Source: an uncultured Opitutia bacterium
GTDB taxonomy: Bacteria > Verrucomicrobiota > Verrucomicrobiia > Opitutales > UBA953
DNA: 49,928 bases
Assembly: GCA_903831005.1 (NCBI GenBank)
Contig: CAIKWA010000158.1
Coordinates: 1-49,928, forward strand
Direction of reading: 5' to 3'
The translations under genes and the position numbers were made by a program. How positions within the stretch are numbered: the first letter of the stretch is position 1; every line of letters begins with the position of its first letter. This document shows, piece after piece, positions 16,194-27,179 of the stretch. The notes beneath the pieces are model-generated. The model worked only from the letters and a program-made list of their open reading frames with translations, ran no database searches and had not been told where the DNA came from.

Positions 16194-17054
16194 TCAGGCT
16201 CCGCGCTGAGCGGTGTTGCCCCGGCCCTTGGGCTTGCCGTTAATGCAATGCAGGCAAGTCTGCTCGTAGACGTAATCGGGTCGCTGTTGATCTTCGATGG
16301 TCAACGGCATCTGACAGTTGAAACAGATAATTGACCCGGTCTCGCGGAGGTCAGGCCCGACGCCGACGCGTTCGTCAAAGACGAAGCACTCGCCGTCGTA
16401 ATGCGCGCCGCCGACCTCTTCGAAATACTTCAGAATACCGCCGTCGAGCTGTAGCACGTTGGTATACCCCTGCATCGCCATGAACGGGCCAGCCTTCTCG
16501 CAGCGGATACCACCGGTACAGAACATCACAACGGGCTGCGACTTGAGTTCGGAGGGAAGCTTCTCCACCGCCGCGGGGAAATCCCGAAAATTCCAGATCT
16601 GCGGCACGATCGCCCCTTTGAACGTGCCCATGCGAATCTCGTATTCATTACGCGTGTCGAGCAACGTGACCGGTCGGCCTTCGTCCAGCCACTGCTTGAG
16701 CTGCTTTGCGGTGATCTTGGGGGACGGACGGCGGGCGGGATCGACGCCATCGACGCCGAAAGCGATGATCTCCTTCTTGATCTTCACGAGCATGCGCTTG
16801 AACGGCTGATCCGAGCTCGGGCTCTCCTTGGGAGCGATGCCCGCAAGACCAGGCACGGCCCGGATGACGTCAAGGATGGCCGCCAACTGCGCCCGAGTGC
16901 CCGCGAGGAAGAAATTGATGCCTTCGGGGGCCAGCAGGATTGTGCCCTTTAGCCCTTGATCCATCGCGACCTCCTGTAGGCTTGTCCGCAATTCCTCCAG
17001 CCCGTCCAACGGAGCGAACTTATAGCAGGAGAGATTGATGACCTCGGCGGACAT
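16194..17054 (-). CDS. trhO: Rhodanese-domain tRNA uridine(34) hydroxylase TrhO (YceA/UPF0176)
   Basis: N-terminal CYKFAPL...GTILLAPEGINFFLAG. Rhodanese active loop MFCTGGIRCEKA. C-terminal Cys cluster CFNC...CLHC. Confidence 0.85.
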   Translation of the reverse strand: MSAEVINLSCYKFAPLDGLEELRTSLQEVAMDQGLKGTILLAPEGINFFLAGTRAQLAAILDVIRAVPGLAGIAPKESPSSDQPFKRMLVKIKKEIIAFGVDGVDPARRPSPKITAKQLKQWLDEGRPVTLLDTRNEYEIRMGTFKGAIVPQIWNFRDFPAAVEKLPSELKSQPVVMFCTGGIRCEKAGPFMAMQGYTNVLQLDGGILKYFEEVGGAHYDGECFVFDERVGVGPDLRETGSIICFNCQMPLTIEDQQRPDYVYEQTCLHCINGKPKGRGNTAQRGA

Positions 17055-17130
17055 TACGAAGTAAGACGGCTAACGACACCGAGAAGGTAAGACAATGAAT
17101 CTTTGCCTTTTGGCCTGTAAGGCCTAGGCC

Positions 17131-17949
17131 TTGGTCATCTTGGATCCGGGACTTACCATCACGCCCATCGGCTTCATTCGCTCAGGGAAGCCATTGAAAT
17201 TCGACGCCCGTCATCAGCCCGACGAGAAGCAGGCCGAGACCAACGTCCTAGAGATGCTGCCCGGCGATAAGTACCAGAAAGCACTCAAAGACCTCGAAGG
17301 CTTCGACCGCATCTGGCTGATCTGGTGGTTCCATCGCAACACCGACTGGCGCCCAGAGGTCCTCCCGCCGCGTGGTCCCTCGAAAAGGCGGGGCGTCTTC
17401 GCTACGCGCTCTCCGCATCGCCCCAATCCAATCGGCATCACGCCAGTGCAGCTGATCGAGATCAAAAAAGGAAAACTGGTCCTCGGCCCGTGTGACCTAG
17501 TCGACGGCACGCCGATCTTCGACATTAAGCCCTACATCCCTTCCTACGACTCGTTTCCCGAGGCCAAGGCCGGCTGGATTGACGAAGTGGACGCCGCACT
17601 CGACGCCCCCCCGGCGTTCACCGTGACATTCTCACCCCAGGCCGCCGAACACATGGCCTGGTTGAAGCAGGATTGGTCGGTGGACTTCGAGGCCCGCCTG
17701 CTCGAGATCCTCAGTCGAGACCCGAGCCCGCACCGGACGCGTCGCATCCGCAGCCGCCGGGGTGAACTCTTCGATATCGGGTGTGGCGCTTGGCTTGCGG
17801 TCTTTGAGGTCAAGGGCACGACCGTCCACGTCCTCCACCTTAAGCCTGCCTTCCCCCTTAAGTTCCTGACCGACCCCGCCCGCCCGGAGATTCCCGACAA
17901 GGATGCCCAGCTCGCTTTCCGGGCTCGCTGGCCGCAATTGGCGGACTGA
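17131..17949 (+). CDS. trmO: tRNA (m6t6A37) methyltransferase TrmO (TsaA/YaeB family)
   Basis: Motifs: ITPIGFIRSG, FDRIWLIWWFH, RGVFATRSPHRPNPIGIT and VDGTPIFDIKPYIP. TTG start, because no in-frame ATG is available upstream of the conserved region. Confidence 0.8.
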   Translation: MVILDPGLTITPIGFIRSGKPLKFDARHQPDEKQAETNVLEMLPGDKYQKALKDLEGFDRIWLIWWFHRNTDWRPEVLPPRGPSKRRGVFATRSPHRPNPIGITPVQLIEIKKGKLVLGPCDLVDGTPIFDIKPYIPSYDSFPEAKAGWIDEVDAALDAPPAFTVTFSPQAAEHMAWLKQDWSVDFEARLLEILSRDPSPHRTRRIRSRRGELFDIGCGAWLAVFEVKGTTVHVLHLKPAFPLKFLTDPARPEIPDKDAQLAFRARWPQLAD

Positions 17950-18064
17950 TTCCGCGCGGTCGGTTTAATTGAGCGATTTTAAAGGCCATCCGATGGCAAC
18001 AACTTCATTACCTTGGGGTCGAAAGTCGCCTCGCCATAGTCTCCAAACCTCTTCCAATCGACCC

Positions 18065-21000
18065 ATGCCCCGTCTCACCACCCTGCTGGCACTCTGTGCC
18101 CTCATCGCCTTCCAGCCGAACGCCCGCGCCGCCGGAGAGAACCGCAAGCTCACGCTCGAGGACGGCGATCGCGTCCTGCTCATCGGCGACGTGCTCATCG
18201 AGCGCGAGAATAACTACGGGGTGCTTGAGACCAAGATGCGCCAAGAATTCCCCGGCAAGAAATTTGCCGTGCGCAATCTCGGCTATTCAGGCGACACGCC
18301 GCTCGGCGCTTCGCGTGCCAGCTTCGATCCGGTCGCCAAGGGAGTCGAACAGCTCGAGGAACAGCTCGCGGTCGTGAAGCCGACCGTCGCGATTATCGGC
18401 TACGGCATGGCCGCTTCGCTTGAAGAACTCACCTATCGCAAGAATGACCCAGCCCTTAATCCGGATCCGGCCCGCTATGGTACCGAGCATACGCCGGCCC
18501 GCCTGAAGCGTGAAGTCTCCCAGCTGATGGCTCTTATCACGAAGCATAGCGCTGGCGGCAAAGTTCGCTTCGTCATTCTCGGTCCAATCGCCCACGAAGA
18601 CCTCCGGGGCTCCCGCCCGGGCCTGCCTAATCCGGCCGAACACAACGACCTGCTCGCCGCCTACGGACGCAGCCTCGCCGAACTCGCCTCGGAAAAGAAC
18701 GTGCCGTTCATCCAAGCGGAATGGAAGTCCCAGGGTATCGCCCTCGACTTCGGCACCGACAACGGCATCCACCTGACCGAAAGCGGCTACCGCGCGCTGA
18801 GCGAAGGCGTCGCTGCCCAGCTCGGCTGGAACGTGAACAAGGCGAGTTGGGACAAGCCGGCCGCGGCTGCCGAAGCCTTACGCGCTTCGGTTCTCCGCAA
18901 GAACTCGCTCTTCTTCCACCGTAGCCGCCCGGCTAACTACACCTATATCTTCGGCTTCCGTAAGCGCGAACAGGGCAACAACGCCGTCGAGATCCCGAAA
19001 TTCGATCCGCTGATCGAAACTGCCGAAGCCGACGCCATCGCGGTCTCCGCCGGCAAACCGAGCACTTTACCTCCTGAGCCGAAGACCCCGACAAAGCTCG
19101 AGGCCCGTACTTCTTTGCCTGCCCCCGAGTTCAAGTTGTCCGATGGCCTGCGCATTTCGCTCTTCGCTGAGAATCCGTTGCTCGAGAAGCCGGTCCACAT
19201 GAACTGGGACACGTCCGGTCGCCTTTGGGTCGCCACCTCCAACACCTACCCACAGGTGAACCCTGAAGACCTCGCCGCCCAGATGGCCGGCAATTCCTCC
19301 AAATTCGGTCCGTCCACTGGCAACGACAAAGTCATCCTGCTAGAAGACACGAACCGCGATGGTATCGCCGACGTCTCTCGCATCGTCGCGGATCGTCTCC
19401 TCATTCCCTCCGGCGTCGCGCCTGACAACTTCGGCGGCGTCTTTGTCGGCGCCAGCACCGAACTCCTCCACCTTACGAACGCGAACGCCGACGGCGTGCT
19501 CTCTGACCGCCGGATCGTGCTGAGCGGCTTCGGCACCGAAGACACCCACCATATCATCCATACGCTTCATTGGGGGATCGATGGCCGTCTCTACTTCCAC
19601 CAGACGATTTACATCCATTCGCACCTCGAGACCCCTTGGGGCCTCGTGCGTGCCAACTCCGGCGTCGCCTTCGCCTACGACCCGAACACCGAACGCCTGG
19701 AAGTCCACTCCAAGGGCCTCGTCAATGCCTGGGGCCAGCAGGAAGACGCCGCCGGCCAGACTTTCCTTACCTCCGGCGCTGATGGTACCGGCGTGCACTG
19801 GGCCTTCCCCGGCGCGACCTTCCCACCCTCAGAAGGCGCCCGTCGCCTTGTCGGCAGCATCAGCCCTGGTTCCTATCCGAAGTTTAGCGGACTCGAACTT
19901 ATCAACAGCCCGATCTTCGGTCCGGACTGGCAAGGTAACGCGATCACGTGCGACTTCCGTGCGCATCGTATCGTCCGCTTCGGCTTCAACGACTTCAGTT
20001 CCGAAGCCAAACCTAAGTCTGGCTATGTAACCAAGGAACTCCCAGACGTCGTCCGCACCAGCGACGTCGCGTTTCGTCCCATCACCGTCAAGATGGGCCC
20101 GGACGGCGCGCTCTACGTCGCGGACTGGACCAACCCCATCATCAACCATGGTGAGGTCGACTTCCGCGACCCGCGCCGCGATAAGATCAGCGGTCGTATC
20201 TGGCGCATCGTGCCTGAAACCGCCCAACCGCTCGCATGGCAACCGGTCCTCGGCAAGCCGACCAAGGAACTCCTAGCCAATCTTCTCTCGCCCAACCGCT
20301 GGACGTTCGAGCAGTCCCGCCGTGAACTCGCCAAACTCCCGGTCACCGAACTACTGGCAGCCCTCAAGGATTGGACTACGGACGACACCACCCGACGTCA
20401 CGCTGCCTGGCTGCTCAGCGGCCGCACCGAAGATACGTCGCACCTCGCCGAACTCCTGAAGAGCAAAGATTCGGCGAGCATCCAGGTCGGATTGCGCGAA
20501 CTCGGCAAATCCCTCGGCGCCCGGGGAGCGACGGACATCAGCCTGATCACGCCTTTCCTTTCGCACGTCAATCCGCGCGTGCAACTCGAAGCCCATCGCG
20601 CCCTCGCCCGCGTCCGCACCCCGGAAAGCGCCCGGGCCGTACTCGCGCACCTCCCGAAGAACCCAGAGGACACCTTCCTCGACTTCGCCGCCTGGACGAG
20701 TATCAACGAACTCGCCCGTCCGTGGCTCGAAGATGTGGCCGCTCAGCCGTCCAAGATTGATGGCCAGGAAGCCTCGCTGGATGCCATCGTGAAGGCGATC
20801 GACCCTGGTATCGCCACGCCCTACGTGCAGCGGCTCTTCGTGGGCCGCAAGATCGACGACGCTGGCACCGGTCCATGGATTGAGCTAGTCGGCAAGGCAG
20901 GCACGGCCGACGAGGCCACCCTCCTCTATCAGGCCCTCATCAACGACGCCTCCCTTCAGCCGTCGACCCGCCAGCGCGTCGCCCGTGCACTCGCCGAAGC

Positions 21001-22384
21001 CGGCACCCGCAACATCCGCCCAAAAGGCGATCTCTCGGGTCTTGGCGCTCTCCTCATCACCCAGACCGAGCCGCAGCTACTCATCGAATCCGTCCGCCTC
21101 GCGGGTCAGTGGAAGCTGGTTCAGTTCGTCCCGAAGCTCGGTGACTTCGCTGGTCGCGAGAAAGAGGTCGCGCTCCGCCAGGCCGCCATCACGGCGCTCC
21201 GCACCATCGGTCAGCAGCCGTCGCTCAACGCACTCCGTAGCCTGATGGCCGAAACGCGCCCGTCGGTCGTGCGCCGCGACGCCCTCCCCGCGTTCGCCGT
21301 CCACGCCCCGGCCGAAGCCTTCAAGGCCATCCCATCGGTGTTCGCCCAGATCAAGACGAAGCAGGAAGCCTCGGCCGTGTGGACCAACCTCTTCCAGATC
21401 GGCGGCTTCTCCCAGCGCCTCGCCAAGGAATTCCCGAAGGGGCTGAGCGCCGAACACCTGGCCGCCGCCCTGCAGTCTGCCCGCTCGCTGGGCCGCGGCG
21501 GCGTCGCCTTGGTGAAGACCATCGAACCTCTCACCGGACTCAAGGCCGGCATGCGCAACTACTCTGCGGAGATTGCGGGCCTGATTGAAACAATCAAGAA
21601 GGGTGCTGATCCCGCGGACGGCGAAATCCAATATCGCAAAAACGGCTGCGCCATCTGCCACGCCATCGGCGGTGCCGGCGGCAAGCTCGGCCCTGACCTG
21701 AGCAGCATCGGCGCCAGCGCCCCGCTCGACTATATCATCGAGAGCGTACTCAATCCCGCCGCGAAAGTTAAGGAAGGCTACCATGGCTTCTCCTTCAAGA
21801 TGAAGGACGGCAGCCAGATGGTCGGCATCCCAGCGCGCGAGAACGCGACCGAGCTCTTCATCCGCCCCGGCCCTGGCGTCGAACTCCCCATTCTGAAGGC
21901 CAACATCGTTAATCGTGACAATATCGGAAGCATCATGCCCGCCGGCCTCGTGGACGCACTGCAGTTCGTCCCACGTCGCAACCTCATGGCCTTCCTCGGC
22001 GAGATCGGTAAACCCGGCTCCTTTGACGCCAGTAAGAGTAACGTCGCCCGCCTCTGGGTCTTCGATGACCAGCCGCCCGGCGCCCTCGCCAAATCCGCCA
22101 CCGCCACCCCCGTCTATACCCTCGTCAACGGACAGCTGACCAAGGAGTTCAATCCTGGTCGCCTCTACGCTACGGCCCGGTTCACGGCCGCAGCAGCGAC
22201 CACCAAGCCGCTCGTACTCACCGGCGTGAAAGCCGCGTGGCTCGACGGTAAGGCCCTCGACCTGAAGGCCGGCGCCTTCGCCGCTTCGATTCCTGCCGGC
22301 AACCACTCGCTTACGGTCGAAGTCGATGGCAACGCGCCCTACTTCAAGGCGCAGTGCGACGACGCCAGCTTCTTGGGGGACTGA
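18065..22384 (+). CDS. PVC-type giant protein: SGNH-like domain + membrane-bound-dehydrogenase (propeller) domain + HEAT repeats + mono-haem cytochrome c + C-terminal beta domain
   Basis: ORF 17969..22384; ATG 18065 gives signal MPRLTTLLALCALIAFQPNARA. SGNH-like blocks NLGYSGDTP and DNGIHLTESGY. Propeller module: FKLSDGLRISLFAENPLLEKPVHMNWDTSGRLWVA. CAICH at 21647-21661, followed by GPDLSSIG and SIMPAGL. Confidence 0.85.
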   Translation: MPRLTTLLALCALIAFQPNARAAGENRKLTLEDGDRVLLIGDVLIERENNYGVLETKMRQEFPGKKFAVRNLGYSGDTPLGASRASFDPVAKGVEQLEEQLAVVKPTVAIIGYGMAASLEELTYRKNDPALNPDPARYGTEHTPARLKREVSQLMALITKHSAGGKVRFVILGPIAHEDLRGSRPGLPNPAEHNDLLAAYGRSLAELASEKNVPFIQAEWKSQGIALDFGTDNGIHLTESGYRALSEGVAAQLGWNVNKASWDKPAAAAEALRASVLRKNSLFFHRSRPANYTYIFGFRKREQGNNAVEIPKFDPLIETAEADAIAVSAGKPSTLPPEPKTPTKLEARTSLPAPEFKLSDGLRISLFAENPLLEKPVHMNWDTSGRLWVATSNTYPQVNPEDLAAQMAGNSSKFGPSTGNDKVILLEDTNRDGIADVSRIVADRLLIPSGVAPDNFGGVFVGASTELLHLTNANADGVLSDRRIVLSGFGTEDTHHIIHTLHWGIDGRLYFHQTIYIHSHLETPWGLVRANSGVAFAYDPNTERLEVHSKGLVNAWGQQEDAAGQTFLTSGADGTGVHWAFPGATFPPSEGARRLVGSISPGSYPKFSGLELINSPIFGPDWQGNAITCDFRAHRIVRFGFNDFSSEAKPKSGYVTKELPDVVRTSDVAFRPITVKMGPDGALYVADWTNPIINHGEVDFRDPRRDKISGRIWRIVPETAQPLAWQPVLGKPTKELLANLLSPNRWTFEQSRRELAKLPVTELLAALKDWTTDDTTRRHAAWLLSGRTEDTSHLAELLKSKDSASIQVGLRELGKSLGARGATDISLITPFLSHVNPRVQLEAHRALARVRTPESARAVLAHLPKNPEDTFLDFAAWTSINELARPWLEDVAAQPSKIDGQEASLDAIVKAIDPGIATPYVQRLFVGRKIDDAGTGPWIELVGKAGTADEATLLYQALINDASLQPSTRQRVARALAEAGTRNIRPKGDLSGLGALLITQTEPQLLIESVRLAGQWKLVQFVPKLGDFAGREKEVALRQAAITALRTIGQQPSLNALRSLMAETRPSVVRRDALPAFAVHAPAEAFKAIPSVFAQIKTKQEASAVWTNLFQIGGFSQRLAKEFPKGLSAEHLAAALQSARSLGRGGVALVKTIEPLTGLKAGMRNYSAEIAGLIETIKKGADPADGEIQYRKNGCAICHAIGGAGGKLGPDLSSIGASAPLDYIIESVLNPAAKVKEGYHGFSFKMKDGSQMVGIPARENATELFIRPGPGVELPILKANIVNRDNIGSIMPAGLVDALQFVPRRNLMAFLGEIGKPGSFDASKSNVARLWVFDDQPPGALAKSATATPVYTLVNGQLTKEFNPGRLYATARFTAAAATTKPLVLTGVKAAWLDGKALDLKAGAFAASIPAGNHSLTVEVDGNAPYFKAQCDDASFLGD

Positions 22385-23082
22385 TGCGCTGGCCCGCGCT
22401 CATCCTGCTTGCTCTCCTCGCCGCCGGCTGCGGCGAGACTTCCCTTGCCCCCGCCATCAGCCCAGAAGCCCTGCGCCAAAAGGCGGCGGCGTACCGACTC
22501 GAAGGAAAACAAGTCGAAGCCGAGTCTCTACTCACTCAAGCCATCGGACTGCAACTGGTCGCTACCCGCGACCAACGCGCCACCGCCGCAGACCTGCGCC
22601 GCGAACTTGCGAGCCTGAGGATGGCGGCTGACGATCTCGCCCGGGCGGAGCAGCTTTACCTCGAAGCACTCGGGTTGCTCGAAGCCCCTCCACGAGGCAC
22701 CGACGCGGCCATCGTTAACCTCCGCACCCAGCTTGCTGGACTCTACTATCGGCAGTCGCGCCTCGACGAGGCCGCCCGGTTCTATCGATCGGTGCTCGCA
22801 CTAGAAATTACCTCTCTCGGGGCCGACCACCCCGACGCCCTAGGAACCCTGAGCATCCTCGGCGGCCTCGAACTTAAACGCGGTAATTTCAACGAGGCCG
22901 AAGCCCATTTCCGGCGCCAACTGGCGGGCGTGCAAAAACTACATGGCGCCGAGAAGCGCGAATGTGCCGCCATTCTGGATAACTTGGCGGAGGTTCTTGA
23001 GAAAGCCGGGCAGGCCGTTCCGGCCGCGAAACTCCGCGAAGAAGCCCAGCGCATCCGCCGTAAGCTCTGCGACGAGTGCTAA
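22384..23082 (+). CDS. TPR-repeat lipoprotein
   Basis: ORF 22354..23082; ATG 22384 shares one nucleotide with the upstream stop (TGATG). Lipobox LLAAGC. TPR_12-like repeats: AEQLYLEALGLLE, EAARFYRSVLALEITSLGADHPD and AEAHFRRQLAGVQKLHG. Confidence 0.75.
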   Translation: MRWPALILLALLAAGCGETSLAPAISPEALRQKAAAYRLEGKQVEAESLLTQAIGLQLVATRDQRATAADLRRELASLRMAADDLARAEQLYLEALGLLEAPPRGTDAAIVNLRTQLAGLYYRQSRLDEAARFYRSVLALEITSLGADHPDALGTLSILGGLELKRGNFNEAEAHFRRQLAGVQKLHGAEKRECAAILDNLAEVLEKAGQAVPAAKLREEAQRIRRKLCDEC

Positions 23083-23201
23083 AGGGGCCACCCCCCTTGC
23101 ACCAGACCCACCCCTAGGCATACCAAGGGGGAACGCCCTATCGCCGATTGGGAATTATTTTCGTTTGCTCCGACCCACTTGACAGACACCCCTTGACAGC
23201 C

Positions 23202-25067
23202 GTGGCCCGTATTTCCCGCAAATCCATCGATGAGCTCCGCCAACGGGCCGATATCGTCGCGCTCGCGGGGGACTACACCCAGATGAAACAGCGTGGGCGG
23301 GATTGGTGGGGCCTCAGCCCTTTCAAGTCCGAGAAGAGCCCTTCCTTCAAGGTCAACCCCGAGACCGGCCTCTGGTATTGCTTCTCCACCCAGCAAGGCG
23401 GCGACGCCTTCAAACTGGTCATGACTCGCGAAGGCCTCGACTTCCCGGAGTCCATCGAACGCGTCGCCACCCGCTTCGGCTTCAAACTCGACTACGAGAC
23501 CGGCGGCGACGGCAAAAACGAGAAATCCTTCCGCGGTCAGCTCCTCGAAATTCACGAACTCGTCACCGACTACTGGCGCCGCTGCTTCCTCGAGGACCCC
23601 GTGCACGGCGAATGGATTCGCGACTACTGGACGCAGAAGCGTAAGTTCTCCCTCGAGGTCGCCGATGACTTCGGCATCGGCTTCGCGCCCGTCGACGACT
23701 CCAAGCTGATTCCTGGGCTTCTCGCTAAGGGCTACGCGAAGGAAGCACTCGCTCAGACCGGGCTGTTCTTCGGCGTCGACCGCGTACCCGATCCGCTCCG
23801 CTGGCGCTGCCGCTTCCGTGGCCGCCTCGTCATCCCGATTCGCGATATCCAGGGGCGCGTCATCGCGTTCACCGCGCGCACGCTCGACATCACCCCGCAG
23901 GACGATCCGTCCCGCGAGGCGAAATACGTCAACTCGCCCGAGACCGAACTGTTCAAGAAATCCCGCACGGTGTTCAACATCGACCGCGCCCGCATGACGC
24001 GCAAGGACGCCGATCCGTTCGTGCTCGTCGAAGGCCAGCTCGACGCCATCCGCTGCCACTCAGCCGGCATCCCCGGAGCGATCGCCGCCCAGGGTACCGC
24101 CGTCACGGAGGAGCACATGCAACAGCTTCGCCGCTTCACGCAGCGCCTGATTGTGTTCCTTGATTCCGACGCCGCCGGCCAGAAGGCCGCCCTGCGCCTG
24201 CTGCCCATCGGCCTGCGCGAAGGCCTCGACATCCGCTTCCTCTCGCTCCCGGGCGGCAAGGACCCCGATGAGTATTTTTCGACGCATGACGCCGCCGGTT
24301 GGGCCGGGCTTGTCGCCGGTGCCCGCAGCGCGATGCAGTTCTGCGTCCAATCCCTCGTCCCCGAAGGCTCGGTCAATCTGCCGCTCACCAGCAGACTCAG
24401 CCTCCTGGAAACCATCTTCCCCATCGTCGAACAGGCTGGCGCCGAGGAAATCGTCCGCGAAGCCCTCAACGAGGCCGCTCGCCATGCCGGCATCGGCATC
24501 CGCGAGATGCACATGGCCTACGAACGCCACCGCGCCCAATCCCAGGCCCAACGGCCCGCCGCCCAGCTGGGAAGCCCCAACGACCTACCCCCCGCTCCTG
24601 TTGTCAAGGGGGGGGGCTTGACAACGTCGGAGGAGGATTTGATACTGTTCCTCCTGCGGCATGATTCCTACTTCGTCCCCATCGCCCAGTCACTGCCGCT
24701 CGAGTGGATTGACCAGTCCGGACGAGGCGGCCAACTCCTGATGGCCCTGCTCAACGAAGCCGCCCATGGCCATTTCGCTGGCCTACGCGAAGCGATCAGC
24801 GCCCTCGATGACGAACTGCGCACCGAAGCCGCTCGCCTCTCTGCCGAGACCTACGCTGGCCGCGACGACGAGAAGGACATCCTGCCCCGCGCTAATAGCA
24901 TCCTGAAGTCCTTCCACAGTCGCCACGTCCAGACCCTGATGCGCAGCCTCGACGCCCGCATCGCCTCCACCTCCCGCGAGGACGTCGCCACGCTCAACCA
25001 GCTGCAGTCGGAAAAAATCGCCCTGCGTAAATCGCACGCAACGCCTCCATCCCTCACCGCCGCCTAA
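23202..25067 (+). CDS. dnaG: DNA primase DnaG (atypical zinc-finger region)
   Basis: ORF 23148..25067. GTG 23202 (ARISRKSIDELRQRADIVALAG) aligns with the E. coli N-terminus. Primase core (KYVNSPETELFKKSRTVFN), Toprim (LVEGQLDAIR, FLDSDAAGQKAA) and a C-terminal helicase-binding region. Confidence 0.9.
   Translation: MARISRKSIDELRQRADIVALAGDYTQMKQRGRDWWGLSPFKSEKSPSFKVNPETGLWYCFSTQQGGDAFKLVMTREGLDFPESIERVATRFGFKLDYETGGDGKNEKSFRGQLLEIHELVTDYWRRCFLEDPVHGEWIRDYWTQKRKFSLEVADDFGIGFAPVDDSKLIPGLLAKGYAKEALAQTGLFFGVDRVPDPLRWRCRFRGRLVIPIRDIQGRVIAFTARTLDITPQDDPSREAKYVNSPETELFKKSRTVFNIDRARMTRKDADPFVLVEGQLDAIRCHSAGIPGAIAAQGTAVTEEHMQQLRRFTQRLIVFLDSDAAGQKAALRLLPIGLREGLDIRFLSLPGGKDPDEYFSTHDAAGWAGLVAGARSAMQFCVQSLVPEGSVNLPLTSRLSLLETIFPIVEQAGAEEIVREALNEAARHAGIGIREMHMAYERHRAQSQAQRPAAQLGSPNDLPPAPVVKGGGLTTSEEDLILFLLRHDSYFVPIAQSLPLEWIDQSGRGGQLLMALLNEAAHGHFAGLREAISALDDELRTEAARLSAETYAGRDDEKDILPRANSILKSFHSRHVQTLMRSLDARIASTSREDVATLNQLQSEKIALRKSHATPPSLTAA
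24618..24646 (+). promoter_or_regulatory. Candidate sigma70-type internal promoter for rpoD inside dnaG
   Basis: TTGACA (24618-24623), a 17-nt spacer, then GATACT (24641-24646). It lies about 430 nt upstream of the rpoD ATG. The dnaG-rpoD gap is only 9 nt. Confidence 0.35.
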
Positions 25068-25076
25068 TTTCCCAAG

Positions 25077-27175
<2,099 letters not shown>

Positions 27176-27179
<4 letters not shown>

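Noticed and set aside
23086-23140. The inverted repeat CCCCTTG...CAAGGGG after the TPR gene, as a terminator.
   Set aside because: The loop is about 23 nt and the T-rich stretch comes about 25 nt after the stem. This is too weak to call.
23179-23198. Two TTGACA hexamers (23179-23184 and 23193-23198) just upstream of the dnaG GTG, as the dnaG promoter.
   Set aside because: No acceptable -10 hexamer lies 16-18 nt downstream of either; the sequences there are GTGGCC and CCGCAA. They also sit only 4-18 nt from the proposed start codon. I note the similarity to the CTTGACA palindrome at 24600-24625 but make no call.
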